DNA from: Octopus sinensis
Taxonomy: Eukaryota
NCBI RefSeq assembly: GCF_006345805.1
Contig: NC_043018.1
Span: 4,650,001 to 4,714,000, forward strand
Direction: 5' to 3'
Length of the DNA stretch: 64,000 bases
The notes below the pieces were generated by a model that ran no database searches, was not told the origin of the DNA, and saw only the letters and a program-made list of their open reading frames with translations. Below are positions 38,405 through 52,075 of this stretch, one piece after another. The position numbers and the translations under genes were made by a program. Numbering within the stretch: the stretch's first letter is position 1; each line of letters opens with the position of its first letter.

Positions 38405-39575
38405 AAATCAAAACAAATCAAAATAGATGAACATCAATGGAATTTGTATCTTTGTGGTACCAGTGCCGGTGGCACACAAGAAAACCATCCGAACGTGGCC
38501 GTAGCCAGTACCGCATCGACTGGCCTCCGTGCTGTGGGCACATAACAAACACCATTCGATCGTAGCCGTTCGCCAGCCTCATCTGGCACCTGTGTCGGTG
38601 GCACATAAAAACACCATCCGAAGACCCGGCAAGACTAGTCAGGCCATAACCCGTGGCCCCTACCTGGGACGTAGTCAGTCCACCTGTGCATACCTTCCTT
38701 CTTGTGACACTTGTGAAGACCTGTTGAGGCAAGTGAAAATCAAAATCAAAACAAATCAAAATAGATGAACATCAATGGAATTTGTATCTTTGTGGTACCA
38801 GTGCCGGTGGCACACAAGAAAACCATCCGAACATGGCCGTAGCCAGTACCGCATCGACTGGCCCCCGTGCTGTGGGCACATAACAAACACCATTCGATCG
38901 TAGCCGTTCGCCAGCCTCATCTGGCACCTGTGTCGGTGGCACATAAAAACACCATCCGAAGACCCGGCAAGACTAGTCAGGCCATAACCCGTGGCCCCTA
39001 CCTGGGACGTAGTCAGTCCACCTGTGCATACCTTCCTTCTTGTGACACTTGTGAAGACCTGTTGAGGCAAGTGAAAATCAAAATCAAAACAAATCAAAAT
39101 AGGTGAACATCAATGGAATTTGTATCTTTGTGGTACCAGTGCCGGTGGCACACAAGAAAACCATCCGAACATGGCCGTAGCCAGTACCGCATCGACTGGC
39201 CTCCGTGCTGTGGGCACGTAACAAACACCATCCGATCATGGCTGTTCGCCAGCCTCATCTGGCACCTGTGTCGGTGGCACATAAAAACACCATCCGAGCA
39301 TGGCCGTCTGCCAGCCTCGTCTGGCACCTGTGTCGGTGGCACATAAAAACACCATCCGAGCGTGGCCGTTCACCAGCCTCGTCTGGCACCTGTGTCGGTG
39401 GCACATAAAATCACCCACTACACTCTCGGAGTGGTTGGCGTTAGGAAGGGCATCCAGCTGTAGAAACACTGCCAGATCTGACTGGCCTGGTGCAGCCTTC
39501 GGGCTCCCCAGACCCCAGTTGAACCGTCCAACCTATGCTAGCATGGAAAGCGAACGTTAAATGATGATGATGATG
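38401..39575 (+). repeat. Tandem 338-bp units derived from RTE 3' UTR sequence, ending in an RTE-type tail
   Basis: ATCAAAATCAAAACAAATCAAAATAG starts at 38401, 38739 and 39077. The third unit runs into ~61-bp subrepeats, then the RTE 3' end with (GAT)n. Confidence 0.85.
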
Positions 39576-39593
39576 ATGATATATATATATAAG

Positions 39594-39810
39594 GCGAGCT
39601 GGTAGAAACGTTAGCACGCTGGGCGAAATGTTTAGCGATATTTCGTCTGCCGTTACATTCTGAGTTCAAATTTCGCCAAGGTCGACTTTGCCTTTCATCC
39701 TTTCGGGGTCGATAAATTAAGAACCAGTTATGCACTGGGGTCGATACAATCGACTTAATCCGTTTGTCTGTCCTTGTTTGTCCCCTCTGTGTTTAGCCCC
39801 TTGTGGGTAG
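39594..39810 (+). mobile_element. tRNA-derived SINE, second family (representative)
   Basis: GGCGAGCTGGTAGAAACGTTAGCACG...GAGTTCAAAT (B box) followed by GCCTTTCATCCTTTCGGGGTCGATAAATTAAG. Related copies near 40255, 54690, 59290, 59500 and 62530. Confidence 0.75.
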
Positions 39811-39815
39811 TAAAG

Positions 39816-39875
<60 letters not shown>

Positions 39876-41869
39876 CGATAATCATGCAAATAAACAAATC
39901 ACACTGCTTGGGTTAGATCTACAAAATATACACCCATATTATCTACACGTAAATAGAGAGAAAGCAAAGACTGAAAATGTTCCGACAATGAATATTCATG
40001 TATAAATCTAGAGAGAGATGTTCATTCACAGAGCAGCTCATCTTTTGACTATAGAAATATAGAGACATGGTCAACTATTTATTTCTAACAATAGTTTTTG
40101 AAGATTTCAACAAAGAATTTAAATTTTGTCTCACATAAAGATGAGAACAAAAAAAAAAATAAAGAGAAAATTTTTAATATTTCTCACATTTGAATCAGGA
40201 GAAAGGTTTCAAGAATCAAGAAGTCTGGTGACAATATTGTTACTGGAATGAAGATGGCCAACTGGCAGAATCGTCAGCAGGCCAGGCAAAATGCTTAGCA
40301 GTATTTTGTCTGTCTTTATGTTCTGAGCTCAAATTCTGACTTCATGCTTGATAAAATAAGTACCAGTTACATGCTGGGGTGGGGTGTAATCAACTTATCC
40401 CCTCCCCGTAATTGCTGGCCTTGTGTCGAAATTTGAAATCAATATTTATACTGGGATGAAGAAATTGTCTACAAGCCTTCACAACAGAAATATCACCATC
40501 AAAAGTATTTCTTAGAAATAAAAAAATTTTTCATGTATTCATGTCTAATCAATTTAATGAGTTAATTGGAGAGTAAGAGGAGCACCTGTAACTCTTTTTT
40601 ACAGAGTTTTCAAAACTGGCAGGAAAGAGAGAGGTGACCTGGTTTGAAACCTTGCAGTGGGTGAACTCTGCTAAGGGCCATTTGGTGATATTTAACTGGG
40701 CAGCAGATTAAGTCTACTATCCAAGAAGGAATATGATTGATCTGGTGGCTTCTAGCCTGCCTGTTTGCCCTGTTTCATTCTCAAGGCTTGGGTTGACCTG
40801 AAAGTTTGGTAGATGACACTTAAGATAACAGCTGGAATTGAACTTGGAATCAAATAATTGCAAAGAAACTTCTTAACTATGCAGCCATACCTATTTTTAT
40901 TACAAGCAAAATTTACAAAAATAAAAACCCTGAAAACTCACCAAGTAAGGAAATGAAGGCAGAAGGTTGCCTCTCATTGTCATCTTCATAAGTCATCCAT
41001 TCTTATCCAGTAGAGTAGAAAATTCAAGAATATAACCCAAGAAAAGGAAGTTATTAAAATCATAAGAAAAAGAAATGAGGTGGCCCTTACATTTGCAGTG
41101 GTCATGCCCTGCCCCTATATTTTGTCTGTTTTATGTTCAAACTAACCAGATCCAGATTCTCACCCCTTGCCTCCAAAGTCATTCTTAAAATAAACATCAC
41201 ATCATTGAAATTTTAAAGCTACAAGATAATGCATGATTATTTTAAAACAATGGGAATAAATAAGGATTACATTTGACAGTGTAATCTGAATGCTAAAGGA
41301 TTAATCCCTAATCTGTTACCCAGTCTAATATCACCTTGGTACTGTTTAGCAAAGTCCACTCTGTTGCAACCTGATCAGAACAGCCAGAAGATTACACCAA
41401 GTTCTGCTGTTTGTTTTGGGGTGGTTTTTATAGCTGATTGCCCCTTTCTAACACCAAACATTTTACAGAGTGTATTGGATGCTTTTTATATGGCACCAGC
41501 ATCAGTGAGGTCACCAAGCAACTTGCAGGACAAGACCTCTCCTTCAACTTAAAGGGGAGTAGTATTGAGGGACAGAAAGGTCTGTAGTATTAAAAGTGAG
41601 ATACGACTACCTCAGAAGGAGAGAGAGAGGAGAAAAGGGTAATGTAATATAGTGAAGTGGACCAGGGATTGGAGAGGGTGGGTAGGTGGGTGAATTCACA
41701 AGATTTCAGAGGGAGAGTGGGTGTTAGAGATGGGGAGGAATTTAACAGGGGCATATTGTAGATATGTGGGATGGGAGTAGGAAGAAACATTGGTGGTGAG
41801 CATTTCTTATTTCTATGACATGTCTTGGAATCTGCACTTTAGCCTCCCCCTCCGATGTAACAATGCATA

Positions 41870-42757
41870 GGATATAGGAGTTTAATGGTGAACCAATTAC
41901 TCACTGAATATGTGTCATGCATACTGGCACACACCCTTTCAGAAGCAGGAATGAGTCAAGATAAGTGTAGGGTCTGTGGAAAAAAATCATGCATGACAAT
42001 TTGCACCTGCAGAACTTGTCTACATAATGGATTCCCCAGATGCCTTTTCAGGAGCAGGAACAAGTCAATTGCTCCCAGGCTCTTTTGGCAATGTGCCAAG
42101 AAAATGAAGAGGACTTATCACACAGAATGAAACATAGATCTATCTCTATGGTCCTGAGACCAGTCAAAGCAATGGAAGCATAACATACCACCTCTAAAGA
42201 AGGCTTATGTCCAACCCTCAGCTGGCAAGGTGATGCTCACAGTCTTTTGTGACTGGCACAGAGTAGTGATGAGGGATTTTCTGGCAAAGGGCACCTGGGT
42301 ATACTATGCTTCTCTGCTGCAGAAATTGTGGGTAGCCATCAAAGCAGAGAGGCATGGCCTGCTGACCAAAACAGTCTGCCTCCTCCAAGACAACACCCCA
42401 GTTCACAATGTGCATATTGCTCAGATGAAAGCACACACAGCTAAAAAATCCTTCCTCATTCCCCTTATTCTCCTGACCTCACACCATCTGACTTTGACCT
42501 CTTTCCAACCATGAAGTCTTTTTTGAAGGGGAAGCACTTTGCAGATGGTGATGAACTTATTTCTGAGGTAAAGTCTTGGCTCCAGACACAACCTACCGAC
42601 TTCTACAGATGAGGTCTTCACAACTGCATAAAGTGATGGAAGAACTGTGTTGCCATTGGTGGTGGCCATGTAGAGAAGGACTAATAATTATGCCAAGTTT
42701 CATTTATCCCAGTCCTTGGGAAGTGGGTCTGAGCAGATCTTTAATAAACACCTCTTG
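41870..42757 (+). mobile_element. Decayed mariner transposon, 3' portion
   Basis: SAGKVMLTVF.D, LLQDNTPVH and PYSPDLTPSD-like motifs plus C-terminal ...CVAIGGGHVEKD*. Ends AAACACCTCTTG|TA. Confidence 0.75.
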
Positions 42758-42781
42758 TATATGTGTGTGTGTGTGTGTATT

Positions 42782-42921
42782 TATTAATATTTAGCAGAAG
42801 CAACAGAAGTGCTCATGGTCCGAGAGTTTCAGGCATTGGTACAAATCAAGCAGTTAACAAGTGCCAATGCATGAAACTCTTGGACCTTGAGTCACTCTGT
42901 TACTTCTGCTAAATATTAATA
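42782..42921. repeat. Imperfect inverted repeat (~61-bp arms, ~18-nt spacer) carrying the 3' half of an HHR
   Basis: Arms TATTAATATTTAGCAGAAG..GCATTGG(T/C)AC. The right arm reads GTGC-CAAT-GCAT-GAAAC-TC..GA-GTC-ACTCTG. Confidence 0.8.
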
Positions 42922-43539
42922 GAATTATACATATACTAATATTTTGAGTTCTATTTTTCCTGCTTGCACCCACATACCTATATATATATATAGTGCACAC
43001 ACACATATGTATGTATACATATATATTCAGGACTTCATATACAATGTGTCATTCTATTCAAAGATAGTACTCTGAGTGATTTGAAGGAGATTTGACTGCT
43101 GTTTCTCTAGCAAGTCCAGTGACCCCATATAGGATATCTCTTCGACTCATGGACTAGATAACCCTGCTAGTGTGGTGTTTTAGCTCTTTGTTTTAACAAT
43201 GTGAGATTAGACTTTCATCCCACAGGTGAGATATTGGCTTCTGGTACCTTCAGCATTACAGGTCAGTATATCAGTGAATCAACTTTATATATCTTCTCTT
43301 AGCTAGGAAATTGACCTTGTACTTTGTCAATAACTAATATAATGGTTCCAAATTTTGGTTCAAGGCCTACAATTTTGTGGAGAGAGACTAAGTTGGTTGC
43401 ATCAACCCCAGTGCTCAACTGGTACTTATTTTATTGACTCTGAAAGGAAGAAAGACAAAGTCAACATTGGTGGAATGTAGAAATGGATAAAATGCCATAA
43501 AACATTTTGTCCTGTGTGCTAATAAAGTCCAAGAAATTT

Positions 43540-44300
43540 CAGTGTTTGTCTTTTACACTTGTCAGTTGACATTGCAAAACTAACTCTTTCTGGAAATTGA
43601 AAGGAGTTCCAATCATGCTTTTGAGAAATCTGGATCCCGCAAAGTTGTGCAATGGAACAAACTGATATCACCATTCCCATCAAATGGTACTTTCCCATTT
43701 CTTATTTGAAAACTGTTCTGCACATTGGTCTCCGTGTACTGAAGGAGAATTTCTGTACTTTATTCCACAGGTGTGAAGACTTAATGCATACTTTTATTTC
43801 ATCAGATCTTGTTCATCTCGGAATGACTGGTAATGTCTGTCTGAAGTCTCCTGATAAAACTCGTATAACTCCTCCCATAGATTTATTGTTACCTCTCATG
43901 TCCTGAAAGGTCTTACCAAGGGCTTCCATTGCACCTTTATGTGACATGGTGCATTCACCCTAAATGATCAGGTGGCATCGGCACAACACTTCTGCTGAAC
44001 CTGAACCTTTGCTTATTTTACAAATTGGACAGTCATTGGTGACCAAGTTTAGTGGTAATTTAAAAGCAGAAAGAGCTGTTTGTCCTCCTGGGAGAATGGT
44101 GGCAGCAAAGCCAGACAATGCTACAATAACCGCAATTCTTTTTTGTTACCTTACCTTAGAGAGAAGCAAATTTCGCTGTTGCTACATCAATACCGGAAGT
44201 TGACATTGAGAAACCTTTTTAAAGAAATGAATTATATATATAAAGCAATATTGGAGGTTGTGCCAGGCTCCAATATATATCATCATCTAGTGTTTTAAAT
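43540..44300 (-). mobile_element. Helitron PIF1-type helicase remnant, internally deleted
   Basis: Minus strand encodes IVALSGFAATILPGGQTA.SAFKLPL, ECTMSHKGAMEAL, GGV..VLSGDFRQTLPVIP and FQFPERVSFAMST (helicase motifs Ia to VI). Confidence 0.8.
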
Positions 44301-44309
44301 ACGGATTTT

Positions 44310-45870
44310 GTCCCTGTTAACAAGGGTGGCTGGATCTGCCTCAATGCTGTAGCAGCCACCCTCACACCATCTCACCATCTTGCCTGGTTTTGGGCGTGGT
44401 CCCTTCTCAAGCCAACCCTCCCAATCTCTTCCACCTCTCCCCTCCACATTTTCCTCAGTCTACCTCACTTTCACGCTCCATTTACCTCAACCTCAAGCAC
44501 CCTCTTCAGAACATTCTCCCTCATCCCGCCTCAACACATGTCCATACCATCGCTCTCCATTCGCCCTTGCCAGCTGCTCCACTGATTTCTTCAACCCCAG
44601 CATCCCCATCAAGTCCTCAGTCCTCCTCTTATCAAACAGCTTCACCCCACACATTTCTCTCACCATTGCTCTCTCCGTCCATCTCAAAATTACCATTCTC
44701 TCTCTCCCTTTGACACCATGTCTCACTCCCTTACAGCTCTCATGCAACTCCTATAGCTCTTTCCTTTCATCTTCAATGAGACCCCTTTCCCCATATAACA
44801 ATACTCCACATTCCCTCAACTTCACCCAGCCAAGTCTCGTTCTTGCTGTCACACCTGCTTCACATCCACCCTATCTCCCAAATAACAAAACTCTCCCACC
44901 GTTTCCACTGGTTCTGTGAGCCCTCCAGCTCCTTTCTCACATCTTCCACAAACAAACTTTCTTGCCAGTCTTGGGGTCACCTTCATTTTCCTACATCTAC
45001 CATGCATCCATTTCTCACATCTCGTACACAAACACTGCATTTGCCATTACCCTCCTCCCACATACACCACATGGATCCACCTTACTCACTAACACTTCTC
45101 CTCCCAACCCACTCATCATAACTTTCGGTTTCCCATGGTTTACCTTCAAACCCTTGCTTTCAAGCGCCTCTTTCAATTTCCAAAACTTCTCCCTCAATCC
45201 TTCCACATCATCTCACTCATCAGAACAAGGTCATCTGCATACAGTGTCTCCGTCACCAATCCCTCTCTTGCACTCTCCGTCACCACATCAGCCACTATTA
45301 CAAACAACAATGGTGACAACACAGATCCCTCGTGCACACCAACTTTCACCACAAACTTCTCTGACAGCTCTGATCCAATTCTCGCTCTTGTCTCTACCCC
45401 CTCATACAAACTCGTCACTGCCCTTACTATTACCTCTAGTACAACTCTCTTCCTCAATGCCCACACAATCACCTTCCTTGGAACCCTATCAAATGCCTTC
45501 TCCACATCAACGAAGCACGTGTACAACTCCTCCTCCTTCTCTCAGTATTCCTCTTGCAATCTCCTTACAATGAACACTCTATTGTCCCCCTTCTTGGCAT
45601 AAAACCAAATTGTATCTCATCCACATTCTCCTCTCCAATACCCTTTCCACTATCTTCATTGCATGCTCCGATAACTTCACTCCTCTCTACACCCCGCAAC
45701 TCATCGCACCCCCTCTTCCCCTTGAAGATCGATACCACTACACATTGCTCAATCATCTGGCATTCCTCTTCCATCCAGCACGCCCTGCCAGAGCTCCATC
45801 ATCACAACAATCCCTATCTCTCCACACTTACCAGCTGCCTGCCCTGTTATATATCTCTCTGAGATATTTA
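44310..45870 (-). mobile_element. RTE-clade LINE (a family distinct from the main one), decayed
   Basis: IQFGFMPRRGT, FVDVEKAFDRVPR, GVHEGSVLSP, LYADD and WYGHVLRR. Confidence 0.85.
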
Positions 45871-46161
45871 GAAATGTAATATTTCTATTTTTCGTGATCA
45901 GTGGATTTATTTCACTGGAATTATTATATATGTTTACAAGGTATAGACAAGCATCTGCAGCTATCAGGCCATGCTACTCCAGACTGATGATGAGCAAATA
46001 CTCAGAAACTAGTCTCTGGTTGCACGCTTAGCTGGATGGGGGTGCTTGTCTCCCCTTTGTAAACATAAGGACACAGGAAATGTGTCAAGGCCAACAGGGC
46101 TAAATAGCAGTGAAGTGATTCCCTTTATGGGACTGTCACATTAAGTTGACAGTATACAACT

Positions 46162-46260
<99 letters not shown>

Positions 46261-46399
46261 GGCTTTAAAAAATATGTACTGGTGTCAATTGTTCAACTAA
46301 AGTTCTTGAAGGCAGAACCCCAGCATGGCTGCAGTCTAATGACTGAAACTAGTAAAAGATTAAAAAAATATAATTATCATTCTCATTTTAATGTGCACC

Positions 46400-46462
46400 T
46401 TTCCATCAGACAGAGTTCCATCAGACAGAGTTCCATCAGACAGAGTTCCATCAGACAGAGTT
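46400..46462. repeat. 15-bp tandem repeat (TTCCATCAGACAGAG) x4
   Basis: Four consecutive identical units. Confidence 0.9.
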
Positions 46463-49278
46463 CATTGAAGCAAATCTTCTGTTATCTAAAACCTTTCCTG
46501 TTTCTGAGTAAAGTAATAGCCCCCCCTCTCCCCGTGACAGAACCTGTTTCTGTGGATGGTTGGAAATGAATGACAGGACTTGTGTGATAGTGACATTCAT
46601 TTACGGCAATGGTTTAATGTCAAGACAAAGAGACGCACACACTGACACATTTACATGAACATACATGTATATCATCATCATCCTCTTCATCATTATCATC
46701 ATTTAATGCCCTCATTCCATGCTGACATGTTTAGGTGGTTTGACAAGAAGCAGTAAGTCAGAAGACTGTGCCAAGCTCTGTGTCTGTTTTGGCAGGTTTT
46801 CTATGGCTGGGTCCCCTTCCTAATACCAACCACTTTACAGCATGGACTGGGTGCTTTTTACATGGCAACAGCAACAGAGAAGTCATCAAATGATTTACAA
46901 GACACACACACAACGGATGCATTTCCTATAATGTATTATGCAAACCTGAAATGTATGTATTAAATGAACGTGTGTGTGTGTGTGTGTTTGTTTTGCAAGC
47001 TTCTTGATGTGAAATCGTGTGTTGAAACAGATATTGTTATACATGCGGATGGTCATATTTTGTCAATTAAACATACTATAAATATATATTTATGAAAGCT
47101 GTTTTCAAAGTTAGCAAAATTGTTGCTCTGCTCAGAGAAAGTAGAAAGTTGAAGTGATTTATACAGCTTTTTATTATCATTTTGGAAGTTCAATTCAGCG
47201 GCCGACCTAATTGAAATCAAATATTGGTATAACTCAGCTGTCAGATGGAATTAGATCTACTGTTTTTGCAGAGTTAACCAACTGTGATAATACTGCTTAC
47301 CATTTATTGATCAATGAAGATGCCAACTGATATTTCTTTTTTATTAGTTTTTCAGAAAGACATCAATTGCATAGCATTGCATATTTAAGGTTATCATCAT
47401 TGATAACTACATATTCATTGGCATCAGTTTATTTTATTTAGTTTCATGGTTTTTAGCCTGGTTCCCATATGGTTAGAAAAAAGAAAGAGTTGTTGAGAAA
47501 AGATGGTCAAAGACAGGCTCTGTGGGTAAGAAGCTTGCTTCCCAACCACATGGTTTTGGGTTCAGTTCTTGTGTGCCACCTTGGACAGGTGTCTTCTACT
47601 ACAGCCTTGAGCCGATCAAAACCTTGTGAATGAATTTGGTAAACAGAAACTGAAAGAATCTTGTCGTGTGTGCACGTGTGTGTATTTTGTGTGTGTGTCT
47701 TTGTGTCTTTGCCTCTACAGCCACTTCACCTCCATAAGCATCTCACTCAAAGACAAGTACTAAAACGTAAATGGTAATCTGCCAGCAAAATCGGTTATTA
47801 GCCAGGTTCTACCTTGGTTCCAACTACTTCACTGACTCTGTTAAACGCCCTTGGCAAAGCGATAACTGTAACAGCTTCCATTCTTTACTCCGATGTCAAC
47901 AGGAAACGGTTGACTCCCCACTCATAGACATCTCTGAAATAATTGAGTCTGTTTATTGATCTGATGTCAGAGATCGAGGTTTCTTTAAACCTTTTTTATT
48001 ATCAGATATTTCACAAGGAATAATATATACAGGAACTCTGTGTGTGTGTGTGTGTGAATGTATGTAAGTGAGTATATAAATGTATGTGAATGCATGGAGG
48101 TATGTAAATGTGAGGATGCGGATATGAGTGTGTGTGAGAGAGAGAGAGAGTAAGGATCTATTCAGTCTTTATTGCCTTCTCACTCATCTTCAATCTCATT
48201 GAAATTATTCCCTCACAAAACCTCATTTTCTCTTGGATAGCAATCATCAATGAGTCTGGCACCACTGATACCACATGCTTCATCTTCTTGAACAACTGCT
48301 TGCTCTCTCTCTCTCTCTCCCACTCTCTCTCTCTCCAATATCTTCCTCTCTTTCTTTTTTATTACGTTTCAGTTAACACCTACGCATGTTATTTGTTATG
48401 TAGCCTGGGATGGGGAGAAGTTCAGTCCTCATCAAGCAGATCTATAATCAAAGACATTCTATCCATGACCATCCTCTCTCGTACCCAATGCGTCTCTCTG
48501 TGACTTAAGGGACACATTAGAGACATTTATCCAGTTAGGCTGTTATTTAGAATAACCCCATAGAGAGCACTTCTGGCCCTTTGATGCCAACCCACCCAAG
48601 CCTGTCCCTGGTTCTTTGATACAAGCTTCCTGTTTTAATGTGATCTAGATTAAAACTTTCCGTCAACCAAATTCACTCACAAGGTCAGCCCAAGGCTATA
48701 GAAGAAGACACTTGGCCAAAGTGCCATGCAGTGGGACTGAACCCAGAACCATGTGGTTGGAAAGCAAACTTCTTACCACTCAGTCACACTTGGGCCTAAT
48801 TTTCCAAAACATATTTTCAGTTTTTATTCCATGCATGAATCACCAGGAAATATTTGTGGTCAAAATGTTGTTTTGGCGGTCAATATATTGATGAAATGAC
48901 TTATGGTCAAATAGCCTTTTAAACATTTAAACTGGCCATATCTGACCACCCAAATATTCCATCTGTTTTTTTGTTCAAACTGGCTAGATCCAGCCTCTCA
49001 CCCCGACCCTTTAATTTCATTTTAAAAGTAAACAGTCATATCGTTGGAATCTCAAAGCTACAAGATATCTTTTACTCGTATCAGTCGTTTGACTGCAGCC
49101 ATGCTGGGGCACCATTTTGAAGGGTTTTAGTTGAACTAATCAACCCCAGGATTTATTTTTTAGGCCTGGTACTTAATCTATTGTTCCCTTTTAGCGAACT
49201 GTTAAGTTATGGGAATGTAAACACATCGACACCAGCTGCCAGGCAGCAGTGGGAGACAAACACTGACTGAAAGATGAA

Positions 49279-49313
<35 letters not shown>

Positions 49314-50075
49314 CACAGGCTTATTCAATTTTTCATCTACCAAATCCATTCACAAGACTATAGTAGAAGACACTTGATCAAAGTGTCATGTGGTGGGACT
49401 GAACCCAGAACCATGTTGTTTCGAAGCAAGCTTCTTACCAATTCAAAACAATGTGAATAAACAAGCATTACATTTGACAGAGTAATCTGGGGTTAAGAGG
49501 GGCCAACCGGTCAGCAGCAGTGTTTTGTGGTGTATTTCAATTTGTGGAATCATAGCAAGGGTAAGGAGGCAGAAGTTGAAGAAAGAAATGCTAAACACTG
49601 TTCTCTGGAGGACTGACATTCTGGAGCAGAAGAACTGGTTGTGGTTAATGCTGGACCAAGGTGGGGGGGGGGGGGGGTGACATTGGTGATGAGAGAAGGA
49701 GGAGGAGGGACAAGTATGCCTAGGAGTGACTGAATAGAGCTGGTATGACATCAGTCAGCTGCAAGGAATGGCAGAGGTAGGAGACAGCTCAGTTGTTGGT
49801 CAGAGGCTGGAATGTGTCTGAGTGGTTTTATATCTTCAATTGAGTGGCTTCTCTCTGGATGCAATTTAGCATGTGTGTGTGTGCAGCAGCAGCAGCAACA
49901 GAACCATTCTAGACATGGGATCGATGTACTCCATCCTTCCATTCCTCTGATGGGTGTGGTTGTGTGGTAAGAAGCTTGCTTCCCAACCACATGGTTCCTT
50001 AGACGAGTGTCTTTTAGTATTGACTCAGACCAACCAAAGCCTTGTGAGGGCATTCTGGTAGACAGAAAAAAAGCC

Positions 50076-50125
<50 letters not shown>

Positions 50126-52075
50126 CACCATCATCATCGCTGTTTAACATCTGCTTTCCATACTGGCATGGGTTGGACGGTTTGACTGAGAACTGGCGAG
50201 CTGGGACACTGCACCAGGCACCAATCTGATCTGGATGCCCTTCTTAACATCAAGCACTCCGAGAGTGCAGTGTGTGCTTTTTACGAGCCACCAGGTGGCA
50301 CTAGCATCAGACACACTTGAATGGTACATTTTTCATGCCACTGGCATGGTTGCCAGTCAGGTGACACTGGCATCATTCACACTTGAATGGTGCTTTTTAC
50401 GTGCCGCTGAGGCACGACTATGATTTCATTCAGTTCAACAGGTCTTCACAAAAATGGCACATCACCCAACAATTGAAGTGTGCTTTTAAATGAGCCAGTT
50501 ATGCAGCACTGGCATCAGCCATGACTACAATCTTACTTGGTTTGCTGGGTCTTCTCAAGCACAACATATCTCCAAGGGTCTCAGTCACTCATCATTGCCT
50601 CTGCAAGGCCCAACGTTTGAAGGTCATGCTTCACCACCTCATCCCATGTCTTTCTGGGTCTACCTCTTCCACAGGTGGTTCCCTCCACTGTTTGGGTGTG
50701 ACACTTCTTCACACAGCTGTCCTCATCCATATGCAACACATGACCATACCAGCACAGTTGTCTCTCTTGCACACCACATCTGATACTTTTTATGTCCAAC
50801 TTTTCTCTCAGTGCACCAGCACTGTTGTGCATGCACACTGACATTACACATCCATCAGAGCATACTAGCTTCATTTTTTACAAGCCTATACTTGTCCTCG
50901 GCAGTCACAGCCTATGTTTCACTGCTGTGTAGCATAGCTGTTCACACACAGGCATCATACAGTCTTTCACTTTGAGCAAGAGGCCCTTTGTTACCAGCAG
51001 AAGTAGGAGCTCTTTGAACTTTGCCCAGCCTATTCTTATTCTAGCAGCTAGGCTCTCAGAACATCCACTCCCTCTACTGACTTGGTCACCTAGGTAACAG
51101 AAGCTATCAACTACTAGCTTTTATCCCCTGGCATATGATGGAATCTGCTTGCTGCACATTTTTGGTGTTTTCCACACACAAAAACTATCATCCCAGTTTA
51201 CTTTCCTTTGATATTGCTGCACCTCTTATGTATCCATAGCTTACACCAGGTACATCTTATGGAGTTTCTACCTACACTTTTACTACAGATTAAGCAGGGC
51301 TATCTACCTGAAGGGATTTGTGATATGTCCGCCTTCCTACTTACTAAGACTTTTGTTTTTGCTAGGTTAACTCTAAGGCCCTTCGATACTAGACCTTGCT
51401 TTCACCCCTGAAACTTTTTCTCTTGTTCTGGTAGTGACGCAGCTATTAGAGCAAGGTCATCAGCATAGAAGAGCTCCCAGAGGCAGCCTGTCTTGAATTC
51501 CTCTGCCATCACCTGGTGGGGTGGAGCTATGATGAACAAGAGGAGGCTGAGGACTGATCTTTGTACCATAGCTACTTCTACCCCAGAATTCTTCATTATA
51601 CATGTTGCCCACCTTCACCTTACTGGCTTGTACAGATCTCACCAACCACTCATCTTTCCTAGTTTCCGCACTGACCACCAGATAAGGGATCAGGGGACCC
51701 TGTCAAAGGCTTTCTCCATGTCAACAAAATCCAAGTACAGAGGTTTATCTTTGGTTAGGTATTTCTCCTGCAGTAGTCTTACCAGGAATATAGCATCAGT
51801 GGTGCTTCTCCCTGGCACAAACCCAAACTGCAACTCATCCAAGCTGACTCTCTCCCTAATCAGTTGGGCTATGACCCTCTCCATGACTTTCATCACCTGA
51901 TCCAACAATTTGATACCTCTGTAATTATTCGCAGCTAATGCGTCACCTTTACCCTTGTAGCAGTTGACTATGGTGCTGCTACACCATTCATTGGGTATGA
52001 CTCGTTCACGTATCACCTGGTCACTAGACCATAACCTACACTGCCAGATCTTTTAAGCATCTCGGTGGTGATCCC
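50126..52075 (-). mobile_element. RTE LINE, 5'-truncated
   Basis: NYRGIKLLDQVMK, FGFVPGRSTTDAIF, FYADD and WYGHVLHMDE, with a reversed (GAT)n tail at 50126-50140. Confidence 0.88.

Noticed and set aside
38718-38745. CTGTTGA-GGCAAGT-GAAA-ATC in the 338-bp unit as an HHR
   Set aside because: A6 is substituted, and there is no helix II, no helix III and no stem I partner.
46400-46462. Short direct repeats (also 9730-10700 and 58670-58780) as CRISPR-like arrays
   Set aside because: There are no unique spacers and the context is eukaryotic. These are ordinary mini/microsatellites.
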